56,601 bases of DNA, taken from the IMG/VR virus record IMGVR_UViG_3300020280_000004, positions 1 to 56,601 of that record, one strand, 5' to 3'. The notes under the pieces were generated by a model. The model saw only the letters and a program-made list of their open reading frames with translations. It did no database searches and was not told the DNA's origin. Positions 48,501 to 56,446 of this stretch are shown in pieces. Each line of letters opens with the position of its first letter. Within the stretch, counting starts at the first letter, position 1. This DNA is from a virus (lineage: Duplodnaviria; Caudoviricetes). The position numbers and the translations under genes were made by a program.

Positions 48501-49297
48501 GTACCTGGATAAACGTGAACGTGATCACCTGCAACGCAAACAGACAAAGCCTGTTCGATTGTTGCGTAGGGATCATTTTGGTGAGTTCCTGAATTACTGT
48601 CGCTTCCGTTTGTAGCAACGTAAATCACTTTACCTGGACGTGCTGTTAAGTTCAATCCTTGTACAGTGATGTTACCAGATAGTGTTAAATTGTCAACAGT
48701 CAAGTTGTTTGCGTATGCATTATTCCATCTTTTTGTTGCACTACCTAAGTTATAAGTGTTGCTTACATCAGGTATTAAGTTGGATGCCACATCGGCATTA
48801 ATTGTTAATGAATCTGTGTCTTGGTCACCAATTGTTATGTTACCATCTGTCCTGATATTACCAGTTGCATGGATATTACCGTTAACTCTTGTGTCACCAT
48901 AGATGTCAACAGTACCAGTTCCGCTGGTTACGATTTCAAAATTTTGATTTGAATCTGTGGCTCTAATTGTGTTACCACTAATTATTAAGTCATCTACTTG
49001 TAGATTATTGTTGTATAAGATTCCATCAGGTGCAGATAAGTTCAACTGATTTGCAGTTGTTGTAATACTGTTGCCTGATATTGTGATATTTCCAACTGTG
49101 ACTTGACCAGTTGCTTCTAAATTTGTTGTACGTGCTGTACCGTTTACATCCAACGGATATTGTGGAGTTGCGGTTTTTATACCGACCCTGTTGTTATTAA
49201 CATCAATGTATAACAGGTTTGTCTCAAATGCCAAATTCTGACCTTGTCTCAGAAGATTTGACTTTAAGAGTTGACCCGAAATTCGACCAACGGCCAT
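45569..49297 (-). CDS. Large virion fibre protein with beta-helix-like and LamG/concanavalin-like domains, paralogue A
   Basis: GRISGQLLKSNL start; YVATNGSD..G...PGTYTE.FP; KFGSASLQLDG..DFTIDFW..GYIDALRV LamG pattern; two PxGxTxxRP...RYNT repeats. Confidence 0.7.
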   Translation of the reverse strand: MAVGRISGQLLKSNLLRQGQNLAFETNLLYIDVNNNRVGIKTATPQYPLDVNGTARTTNLEATGQVTVGNITISGNSITTTANQLNLSAPDGILYNNNLQVDDLIISGNTIRATDSNQNFEIVTSGTGTVDIYGDTRVNGNIHATGNIRTDGNITIGDQDTDSLTINADVASNLIPDVSNTYNLGSATKRWNNAYANNLTVDNLTLSGNITVQGLNLTARPGKVIYVATNGSDSNSGTHQNDPYATIEQALSVCVAGDHVHVYPGTYTEAFPLTMPTGVSLRGDGLRAVTIQPTGSTNTKDAFILNGEVTIEDITITGFYYNSSANEGHAFRFNPTGNDDSTGYQVTSRSPYIRNITVITQGSTTTAADPRGFLSGDAGRGAFFDGELATPNSNEASCLFQNATFITPGVDAITLTNGVRIEWLNSFTYFALSSINAYDGTLGLKGAGQTALKVGGFSGTPLAQGQVLTYYDTQGNQLASGTIAAVDGDKIFINGKSLGFQLPAEQNGKTIQAIGDAKLNTTTKKFGSASLQLDGVGDAAKINTNADFGFGTGDFTIDFWAYPNAVQTTSLIDMRNNVSVENALYFYVENNVPKVYVNGSVIITGSQGFNLSVWTHCEIVRSSGTITVYINGSSVGSASASADFANAKPFVIGNNFGNTNGWNGYIDALRVYKGQALHTGNFTAPTTEAVGNANTKLVANFNGNNASTTFLDTNLIAQDIRTSAGATATSFTLVDYTDFGAEVRSIASASIYGRFGVKGDGVGVKMYLISHNFAYIGNDYEVDNDAATVIQANEVVANNGAKIFFSSVDHRGDFRVGDQFSVNQQTGEVSFTSADLNIDVDSTLTFTTGSDVTTISGNEIQSGNVKISGNTITTTSGNLNLDSFTDTVAFSDNVNITGNLDVGGDITIGGNVTIGDQTTDNITISAGIASDLIPATNNLYNIGSSTKNWNKLFANEAIVDSVRITGNKIESIDTNADLDLRTSGTGSVTLENFTASGDTITNTSGDFIINPASSVFKVAGTGSIRIPSGNTAQRPASPVAGMMRYNTQTNVFEGYNGSNWIALTGVYDLDQDTYITAELTPGNDDDTIRFYAANTLVANVNSSRFDVTKLVVDNIEISGNTLTTTGVDQDLILNANGNGSIRIEDFRFQGNTITNIISAPLKLKTTGTGYIDVSDAGGFVIPVGTTVDRPVTGLLGMIRYNTNDERVELYDGVQWGSIAGSSGAVSIIDATEIAVQMAVTLG

Positions 49298-49420
49298 TGT
49301 TTACTCCTTTTTTAGCACGGGGATCTTGTCCCTCTAACACAGATTTTCACCTAACACTGTTCGCTAGTTCTTCGCCGGTTAACCACGGTTTGTCCTGGTA
49401 TATCTGGTCGGATACACCAT
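49298..49420 (-). ncRNA. Putative structured 5' leader (cis-regulatory RNA)
   Basis: Between ATAAATA (49427-49433) and the SD; stems GGTGTATC/GATATACC, TAGGT-GAAA-ATCTG and GGGA-CAAGA-TCCC; GC-richer than other intergenic DNA. Confidence 0.45.
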
Positions 49421-49472
49421 TAATACTATTTATTAAGATTTTGGTTTTATATTATATTGCTATAATAATATA

Positions 49473-52400
49473 TTAGTTTAATATTAGGTTGTATAGGAAA
49501 TTTAACTCCTGAGCAAAGGCCTCTGTGACCGTTATTTCTTGTAAACCTGTTGCTGATTTCCATTGTGTTCCTGTGTATACTTCTAATGTTGAATTTGTTG
49601 TGTTCCACCATAATTCACCCTGTCTGGCTGTCTGTGCGTCTCGTGTTGCCTCGTCCCCTGCGTGACCTTTATATGCTTGGGTAGTTTCAAAGTGTATTAC
49701 TCTGTTTTGTTTTGTACCAGTACCAGTGAATACCATATCACTATTTGTTCCTGTAACTAATAATTCACTGCCTTGCATTTCAAATTGTGAGGTATCTAAG
49801 AAAACTTTTCGACCTCCACTTGCAACAAGTGCCGCTTCTTCACCAGGTGTGCTTACAGTAATTTGATTACCATCGATAGTAAATTTGTCTTGTGAACTAA
49901 ATTTAGGAACCGTTAAATGTCCGGATCCGTTGATTGTTCCCATGTTGTTACCCTGTGAAAAGAAGGTAAATTCGTTGTTGGATAGATCCACTTTTGTATC
50001 TAAATCACCATCTCTTATTCCGCCTAAAGGAATATTACCAGTGGATTGAACCTCAAATTCATTTACATCTGTATTGTATCTAATTGAATTTTCTGCCACA
50101 GGTCTTTGTGCAGTTGAACCTTTTGGCAGTTGTATATCTTGTAATCCTGTGAAACTTAAACTTCCTACACCAACACCAAATCCTACGTCATTTGTAGGAG
50201 TTGACGTAATTTCAGTTTTAAATCTTAATTCTTCAAGATTTACAGAACCCGTACCACTACCACGTAAATCTATGCCTGCGTTTGTGTCAGTAGTTTGGAT
50301 AGTAGAATCTTTAATTTCTATGCCATCTATTTGTGCTAATTCAAAATTTGCTGTACGCCATTGTTTGTTTGCACTTCCTAAATTACTTGCTGTATTACTG
50401 CTTGGTAAAAGATTGTCAGTAAAATCCATTGAAAAATTAATTGTATCTCCTGGTGCGTCACCAAAGTTAATACCACTGCCGGCAATAGTTGCGTCACCAC
50501 TTACAGTAACATTTTGATTCATTTGTGCGTTTGCGTTTATATTTGTTGTACCTGCCGAATCAATTGTTAATCCATTTTGTAAAGTAGAAATTGTGTTATT
50601 TGCAATTCTAAAATTTGGAACATCAATACCAGTAGCACTAATAAATGTTGTTGATCCAGGTGTTCCAACAGTTAAAGTTGAACCTGTTAAATCTAAGCCT
50701 GTTACATCAATGCTTGTTGTACCTTTACCTAAATCAACTATAAAATTTTCACCTACTCTAAAATCGCCGTCTTGGTCTTGACTTACGAAATGCACTTTTG
50801 CATTGTTTGTTGTGATTACTTCATTGTCCTGATTAATTATATCTGTTTCGTTTTCAACATTTTTACCTGTGCCAACATATGCAAAGTTGTGACTTATTAG
50901 ATATGCTAAACAACCGTTACCATCTGCAACTACACCTTGATTACCGTAAATTGTTGCACTTGCAATTACTCTCGCTTCATTCATTGTGCCTTCTGTTACA
51001 GCATTAGATGTGGCACTTTTGAATAAGTGTGCTGTGACATTGCTTGATACTCCAACGTTACAAGTAAATGATGTGGCAGTAGTTGCCGTGATTGTTACTT
51101 TTTTACCTGAGTAAGGGTCAGTTGATCTTGGATAAGTGTGATCCGTTTGATGATTGTCTTGAGCACACGTAAAAGTTAAACTGTTATTTGCTATTGTAAC
51201 ACTTTCACCTACTCTCATAGTGTGATTTCCAACAGTCAATGACATCACTCCAGTCACCGGATCATAAGATCCTGCTGTTGGTGTGTATTGATTTAATGAG
51301 TGTTGCATATACAAACCTCTGTTTGCGAAGTAAGTAAAGCAGTCTATAAATTCTATTCTTGATCCATTTTTTACTGTTACAGCATCTACTCCTGGTGTAA
51401 TAAATGTTACACCATTGAAAAGCATACTTGCTCTTGGAGATGCTGTATCTAAAACATTTGCATCTAGCAAAGCACCTTTACCAGCATCACCCGAATCAAA
51501 ACCTCTTGGATCAGATGCTGACGTAGTTTCACCTTGTGTTAACACAGTTACGTTTTGCACGTAAGGTGATTTAGAAATTATTCCAGCATTTGTAGAAAAT
51601 CTAAAAGCATATCCTCGGTCCTGAGTTGAACTGTAATTGAAATTTGTTACAGTTAAATCTGAAACCATAGACGCATTGTTCATTACAAAAGCATCATTGA
51701 ATCTGTCTATCACATTAGGTTTGACGATACATGAACGTATGCCGGATCCTTTTACTGTGACATTTTCAGGCACTTCTAAAGGAAATTGTTCTATGTATGT
51801 TCCTGGTAAAATGTGTAATTCATGTGGTCCACCGGAACTTTCTTGTATGTAATTTAATGCGTGTTTGATTGTACCGAAGGCAAAGTTAGGATGATTACCT
51901 GCTAGGTTGTCGGCACCATTAGTACTTACGTACCATTTATTTTGAATACCTAAGTTTACTCTTACACCTGCCAATGAAATCGTGTTATCAACTGTTACAT
52001 CGGTCAACCCTGTCATGGATGCTACTCGCACATCTCCCCAACGTTTGCCATTTGCACCTAAATCGAAAGTAAGTGTCTGATCAGGTATTAAGTCTGAATT
52101 AATGTCTGCACCTACGACTAATGAATCGTCCGGACTGTCTCCACCCAAGAACACACTGCCGTCAAAAGTAATATCACCTGTTGCATGAATACCACCATAA
52201 CTTTTTAAATCAGTTGGAATAATAAATTTTCCTGTGCCTGGACCAGGATATATTTTTATATCAGAGTCACCTAAACCTCTAATACCACTATTGGTAAATG
52301 ACAAATTATCTGTGCGTAATTCATTGAAAACGTGACTGCCGCTACTGTTTAAGTTAATCGATCCAACCGACGCTGTAACGGAGGATGTGACGCCGTTAAA

Positions 52401-52643
52401 GGTAAGATTTCCCACGGTCATGGAGTTTGTGTTGATACTATCACCAGCAATTTTGGTATCACCGTTGACCAATAATTCTCTTGTAGGACTGTCTGTTTTG
52501 ATTCCTATCCTGTTGTTTGTGTGCCCAATGAATAGTGTTGGAGTTGCTGTGACTTGGGTGTTGTCAAAAAGCAAATCACTGGTTCTAGTTAAATTTGCCT
52601 TTAATAATTGACCCGATATTTTACCTACATTTGTGACTGGCAT
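49473..52643 (-). CDS. Large virion fibre protein, paralogue B of 45569-49297
   Basis: GKISGQLLKANL, WYVSTNGAD, SPYVQNVTV, DPRGFDSGDAG, TFITPGVDA, YLISHNFAY, PKGSTAQRP; ATAAATA at 52660-52666. Confidence 0.7.
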   Translation of the reverse strand: MPVTNVGKISGQLLKANLTRTSDLLFDNTQVTATPTLFIGHTNNRIGIKTDSPTRELLVNGDTKIAGDSINTNSMTVGNLTFNGVTSSVTASVGSINLNSSGSHVFNELRTDNLSFTNSGIRGLGDSDIKIYPGPGTGKFIIPTDLKSYGGIHATGDITFDGSVFLGGDSPDDSLVVGADINSDLIPDQTLTFDLGANGKRWGDVRVASMTGLTDVTVDNTISLAGVRVNLGIQNKWYVSTNGADNLAGNHPNFAFGTIKHALNYIQESSGGPHELHILPGTYIEQFPLEVPENVTVKGSGIRSCIVKPNVIDRFNDAFVMNNASMVSDLTVTNFNYSSTQDRGYAFRFSTNAGIISKSPYVQNVTVLTQGETTSASDPRGFDSGDAGKGALLDANVLDTASPRASMLFNGVTFITPGVDAVTVKNGSRIEFIDCFTYFANRGLYMQHSLNQYTPTAGSYDPVTGVMSLTVGNHTMRVGESVTIANNSLTFTCAQDNHQTDHTYPRSTDPYSGKKVTITATTATSFTCNVGVSSNVTAHLFKSATSNAVTEGTMNEARVIASATIYGNQGVVADGNGCLAYLISHNFAYVGTGKNVENETDIINQDNEVITTNNAKVHFVSQDQDGDFRVGENFIVDLGKGTTSIDVTGLDLTGSTLTVGTPGSTTFISATGIDVPNFRIANNTISTLQNGLTIDSAGTTNINANAQMNQNVTVSGDATIAGSGINFGDAPGDTINFSMDFTDNLLPSSNTASNLGSANKQWRTANFELAQIDGIEIKDSTIQTTDTNAGIDLRGSGTGSVNLEELRFKTEITSTPTNDVGFGVGVGSLSFTGLQDIQLPKGSTAQRPVAENSIRYNTDVNEFEVQSTGNIPLGGIRDGDLDTKVDLSNNEFTFFSQGNNMGTINGSGHLTVPKFSSQDKFTIDGNQITVSTPGEEAALVASGGRKVFLDTSQFEMQGSELLVTGTNSDMVFTGTGTKQNRVIHFETTQAYKGHAGDEATRDAQTARQGELWWNTTNSTLEVYTGTQWKSATGLQEITVTEAFAQELNFLYNLILN

Positions 52644-52670
52644 TGCACTCCTTTTTTAGTATTTATTGGA

Positions 52671-53462
52671 TTATTTGTCGAAGTTATGTAGCACAGTAAC
52701 AGGCTTTCCTAATGGTACTGCTGTGCCGAATGTTATGTATGTGCCTGCTGGATATGACACACCTGTAATAGAACTTTTACCGTCAATTACAAAAGTATTT
52801 CCTTGTCCACTGTTTGCTTCAGTGTTTAATAGTTGGTTTACACTTAAATGAGTTGCTGTTACAGCCGTGACTGAATATGTTCCGTTGTTAGTTTGTGTGC
52901 CAGTAACAACAATTGATTGACCTACGTGATATCCTTTAGATAACCAATCAACAATACCTGCGTTGCCACTTACAAAAGCACCTACGCCTGTTGCATTATA
53001 GTTACCGATAGCACTTACAATATTACTTGAAACATCACAAGGGTTTTGCGTCAAAAGATAGTTTGTGCTTGGAATCTGTAAAACGTTTTCTACCATTACT
53101 AAAATTGATTGTGCAGTTGATGGTACTAGATATCCTGTGTATGCTGAATTTAATATTCCAAAGTTTACTTCTGTGTCGTCACCGTTTCCTAAATTTTGTT
53201 GTGTGATTGCAACAGGCTCAGCAAGTCTGAACTCTTTCCAAGTTGCTCCACCGTTTTGTAAATCTTCGTATGCTTCAAATGATTTTGTTTGTGTGTTGTA
53301 TCTTAATTGTCCTACAACGGCAGTAGGTCTTTGTGCTGTTGTTCCTTTAGGCATTAACAAGGCTCCAGTAGACTGGATTTCAATATTTTCATATTGATCG
53401 TATATTACGCCTTTTCCTCTCAACAGTCTTCTGTTGGTGCTTTGTCTCTTGAGATACCTCAT
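52671..53462 (-). CDS. Virion structural protein
   Basis: PKGTTAQRP...LRYNT...FEAY motif shared with the neighbouring fibres; C-terminal ITFGTAVP.GKPVTVLHNFD. Confidence 0.65.
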   Translation of the reverse strand: MRYLKRQSTNRRLLRGKGVIYDQYENIEIQSTGALLMPKGTTAQRPTAVVGQLRYNTQTKSFEAYEDLQNGGATWKEFRLAEPVAITQQNLGNGDDTEVNFGILNSAYTGYLVPSTAQSILVMVENVLQIPSTNYLLTQNPCDVSSNIVSAIGNYNATGVGAFVSGNAGIVDWLSKGYHVGQSIVVTGTQTNNGTYSVTAVTATHLSVNQLLNTEANSGQGNTFVIDGKSSITGVSYPAGTYITFGTAVPLGKPVTVLHNFDK

Positions 53463-53794
53463 TATACCTCCAAATAACTTACTACTACTGATGCACTATT
53501 TGTACCAGACACACTAACTTTTAACGTGTCATTTTCACCCAACACTAATTTTTCAGTGTCTAAAGTAAATGTTTCTGCTCCTGGAAGTATTGCATTATTG
53601 ACTATCATAGAATTATTCGCAGTGTATGAACCAGTCACAGCATATAGATAAAATCTACTGTCCTGCCCACCTGTTGGGTCTTCTGATCCTGTGTTAGTTA
53701 TTAACACAGAAGTGATAGCATAACTTTTACCTGCAGGTACAGTTAACACGTCAACTGTTTGTCCTGATCCAACGTTACCGTTTGTTATTGCCAT
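53462..53794 (-). CDS. Small virion protein (~110-aa family, copy 3)
   Basis: AITSVLITN...ETFTLDTEKLVL...VVSYLEV; AAGGAG SD. Confidence 0.6.
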   Translation of the reverse strand: MAITNGNVGSGQTVDVLTVPAGKSYAITSVLITNTGSEDPTGGQDSRFYLYAVTGSYTANNSMIVNNAILPGAETFTLDTEKLVLGENDTLKVSVSGTNSASVVVSYLEV

Positions 53795-53803
53795 TGTTTC
53801 TCC

Positions 53804-54811
53804 TTAAAATATCAATCCAAAAAGTAATGCTCTATTTGTGCTGATTACTTCTCCTCTTGAATCATTTGTATTTACAAAATTTAATCCTGTGCCGCCTCCG
53901 CCTGGAGTTTTAGCATACAGTTTAATACCATTATTGTCTTTTGCTGGATTTACAGATACGTTTTGTAAAACCATGCTGTCATTTACTCTTACTGAACCTG
54001 TGCCAGGAGCAACTAAATTTAAATCTTGGTTTGAATTTAATCCGCTGATTGTGTCATCTTCTATTCTTACACTTCCTATATCAGTTGTTCCGTTGTAAAT
54101 TTCTAAATGACCTGTGTTGTTTCCGCCTTTTCTCCATAAACCAAATAGTGTGCTGTCCACCTTAAATTCAATTTGTCCAACTCCTGTGTCTGTGATTCTA
54201 ACTTCTGAATCGCCTTGTCCAATCTTAGGAATGTTCGCACCTATTACTGCTTGATTTATTTCAAAGTCAACATATTCTTTGTTGGGAATATCGTTGTTAT
54301 CTGTAATTAATGCTTTGTATCCTGATCTTATAATTCTTAATGTGCCAGCACCTCCTGGTTGGAAATAAATTGCGTTATTGTTATTAATGTTTGCAACTCT
54401 TAAACTTAATACATCTCCTGATGCAGAAGTTACTGCCCAACCACCAAAGTTAGGTCCTTGTGGTCCACCACCTTTTGGTCCTTGTGAAGTTGTTTGTGTT
54501 TGTGGATCGTTCCAAGAAATTGATTCATCATAAACAAATTGAACGTCTTCATAAGTTTGTCCACCTCTGTCTACTCTTAATCCTGCTGTTGTTTCTGAAA
54601 CTCCATTAGGACTTTCATTTTTGTTAACAACAATAATGTTGTCATCAATTTCTAGTGTTGCTGAATTTACTGTTGTTTGTGTTCCTTTTACAAGTAAATT
54701 ACCTGTAATTTCAACTGTGCCGACAGACGTACCAGTATCTAATACGATACTGTTATTATCAGGTACGGTAATTTTATAATTACCATCTGTTACTATTACA
54801 TTTTTCGACAT
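53804..54811 (-). CDS. Virion structural / fibre-like protein
   Basis: ITGNLLVKGTQTTVNS..LEIDDNIIVVN...AGLRVDRG motif typical of phage fibre shafts; ATG at 54811 with an AAGGA SD. Confidence 0.65.
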   Translation of the reverse strand: MSKNVIVTDGNYKITVPDNNSIVLDTGTSVGTVEITGNLLVKGTQTTVNSATLEIDDNIIVVNKNESPNGVSETTAGLRVDRGGQTYEDVQFVYDESISWNDPQTQTTSQGPKGGGPQGPNFGGWAVTSASGDVLSLRVANINNNNAIYFQPGGAGTLRIIRSGYKALITDNNDIPNKEYVDFEINQAVIGANIPKIGQGDSEVRITDTGVGQIEFKVDSTLFGLWRKGGNNTGHLEIYNGTTDIGSVRIEDDTISGLNSNQDLNLVAPGTGSVRVNDSMVLQNVSVNPAKDNNGIKLYAKTPGGGGTGLNFVNTNDSRGEVISTNRALLFGLIF

Positions 54812-54830
54812 CAAAAATCCTTTTAATTAG

Positions 54831-54854
54831 TTAGGGAGTGTTGCCACTCCCTAA
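54831..54854 (-). terminator. Strong hairpin (10-bp stem, GCAA loop): terminator or mRNA-stabilizing stem
   Basis: TTAGGGAGTG-GCAA-CACTCCCTAA on the minus strand just after the 54867 stop; the downstream U-tract is poor. Confidence 0.55.
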
Positions 54855-54866
54855 AAAATCTTATTA

Positions 54867-55241
54867 TTATATCGCAGTTAATAACAACTGTGAAACAGTT
54901 GAGTCATCACTTATTGCATAAGTGTATCTTACGTTGTTAAAGTCTCTACAAGTTCTGTTGTAAAGTCTTTTAATAAACACAGATTGACCTGTTGCCGCGA
55001 TTTGTCCGTTTATAGACATTTCATCATTACCTAGTGAACCACTTGCTTTGTTTACAAGTGTGCAAACACCTTCGTTTCCAGTGTCGTCTTTCGCATCGTC
55101 AACTAAGAATTTGTTGTTTGAACGTTGTCTTTTAATCATACCTACTGCTGAAGCAGAATTACCGCCTACTTTTACGTTTACAGTGATATTAGTACCATCA
55201 GCAAGAGCGCCGAAGTTACGTTTGTTTACCGGTCTTCCCAT
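54867..55241 (-). CDS. Hypothetical protein, probable virion/head-associated (MGRP start)
   Basis: GAGGAG SD places the start at ATG 55241 (MGRPVNKRNFG); late motif upstream, hairpin downstream. Confidence 0.6.
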   Translation of the reverse strand: MGRPVNKRNFGALADGTNITVNVKVGGNSASAVGMIKRQRSNNKFLVDDAKDDTGNEGVCTLVNKASGSLGNDEMSINGQIAATGQSVFIKRLYNRTCRDFNNVRYTYAISDDSTVSQLLLTAI

Positions 55242-55255
55242 TTGTTTTCTCCTCA

Positions 55256-55330
55256 TTTTGACGTTCTAGGTCTACGGGGTTGGTATTCCCCATAAGTCCA
55301 AGAGTAAACTCCTGGCCCAAAACATATGTT
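55256..55330 (-). ncRNA. Putative structured 5' leader of the MGRP gene
   Basis: After ATAAATA (55337-55343): hairpins CCAGGAG-TTTA-CTCTTGG and TTATGGGG...CCCCGTAG, then ACCTAGAACGTC just before the SD. Confidence 0.45.
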
Positions 55331-55339
55331 ACAAGGTAT

Positions 55340-55615
55340 TTATCGTTTGCTGAGTGATGCCAATAGTTCCACTTTAGAGAACGTTTTAATGGTTTTTAGT
55401 GCATCTTTGAGTATTGCGTTTGCCTCGTCGAGATAACGTTGTTTGCGTGTTCTACGGTATTCTATCAGTTTATCTGACCGTCTATCCATAATTTTTGCCA
55501 CTGAATCTTCTAATTTTTGAATGTCCTTAAAGAATATTCCGTGGTTCTTTTTCCATGTTGCAATCCTGCTCATGTAATCGTTGTATTCATTCAATAATTG
55601 TTGTTCCTCAGTCAT
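55340..55615 (-). CDS. Hypothetical helical protein
   Basis: 91-aa ORF overlapping the hemB stop (coupled). Confidence 0.6.
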   Translation of the reverse strand: MTEEQQLLNEYNDYMSRIATWKKNHGIFFKDIQKLEDSVAKIMDRRSDKLIEYRRTRKQRYLDEANAILKDALKTIKTFSKVELLASLSKR

Positions 55616-56444
55616 ATCCTATCATAGGTTGTGGTTCATATTCTTTAAAATATTTAATAAGATCTCTTGCTCCATAACTTACTAGGAACCTTGCTCCCGC
55701 TCTTTTTATAATCGTAGCCGCTTCAATTTGATGTTTAAGAGTTGGTAAACCTTTGTATTCGTCAGATACCTGATACATTCCAACAGGTTTGTAAGTTCCG
55801 CATTTGACCAAACCTATAATGTCTAGTGAATGATATGCTGGTTTCATTAATAACATATCTGCACCATCTGTATCATATTTGTGTGCTGTGCCTGTGGCGT
55901 CCCATTCATTTTTTATATTCATTTGATAAGTTCTTTCGCTTGAAGGATTGCTGTTTGCAAGTTCTCTGAATGAACTGTAGAATACACTTCGCCATTTTAC
56001 ATAGGCCATTACCTTCTTGTCTGTTTCTGCGTGTAAATTTTTTACTGTCAAGTCTCCCATATCGCTAGGTGCTAATATATCTGCACCTGCTTTGTCTAAT
56101 TTTTTCCCTAAGTCTAGTAATAATTTTGCTGTTGTGTCCGGTTTATCCATTACCCTACAATGTCCGTCTGGTAAAGTTGAACATAGACATACGTCAACAA
56201 TTAATTCTATTTTTGGAAATTTAGTTTTAATTTTGTTTACTATTTCTGATTGGAAGTCCCAAGTGGGTAACCATGTTTTGGTGTCGGGTGTTGTGAATAA
56301 CAGGAAACTGTCTACACCCAAATCTATATCTTTTTGGATTCTTTCTAATATTTCTGTTTGGGAATAATTCGAATTTTCTATTCCCAAGCCAGCCTGTCTA
56401 GTAGAGCCAGATTGGTTTACAAAGATAGGCTGGATTAGTTCCAT
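55608..56444 (-). CDS. hemB: Porphobilinogen synthase (delta-aminolevulinate dehydratase), compact phage version
   Basis: LIQPIFV, zinc-site DVCLC...GHC, GADILAPSDM, MAYVKW.S.FYSSFRE (Lys1), R.YQM, GADMLLMKPA (Lys2), YQVSDEY, IKRAGA. Confidence 0.85.
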   Translation of the reverse strand: MELIQPIFVNQSGSTRQAGLGIENSNYSQTEILERIQKDIDLGVDSFLLFTTPDTKTWLPTWDFQSEIVNKIKTKFPKIELIVDVCLCSTLPDGHCRVMDKPDTTAKLLLDLGKKLDKAGADILAPSDMGDLTVKNLHAETDKKVMAYVKWRSVFYSSFRELANSNPSSERTYQMNIKNEWDATGTAHKYDTDGADMLLMKPAYHSLDIIGLVKCGTYKPVGMYQVSDEYKGLPTLKHQIEAATIIKRAGARFLVSYGARDLIKYFKEYEPQPMIGYD

Positions 56445-56446
56445 TA

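Noticed and set aside
49340-49400. c-di-GMP-I riboswitch (GGACAAACC resembles GGCAAACC)
   Set aside because: The following GNRA-capped stem and the GGACGCAAAGC-type segment are not in the expected arrangement; kept only as an unknown structured leader.
326-56367. Many 60-170 aa ORFs antisense or out of frame within long genes (e.g. 1601-1828, 23124-23423, 44032-44472, 45525-46028, 50074-50517, 56017-56367)
   Set aside because: They overlap well-supported genes, lack SD or promoter signals and recognisable motifs, and look like shadows of biased codon usage.
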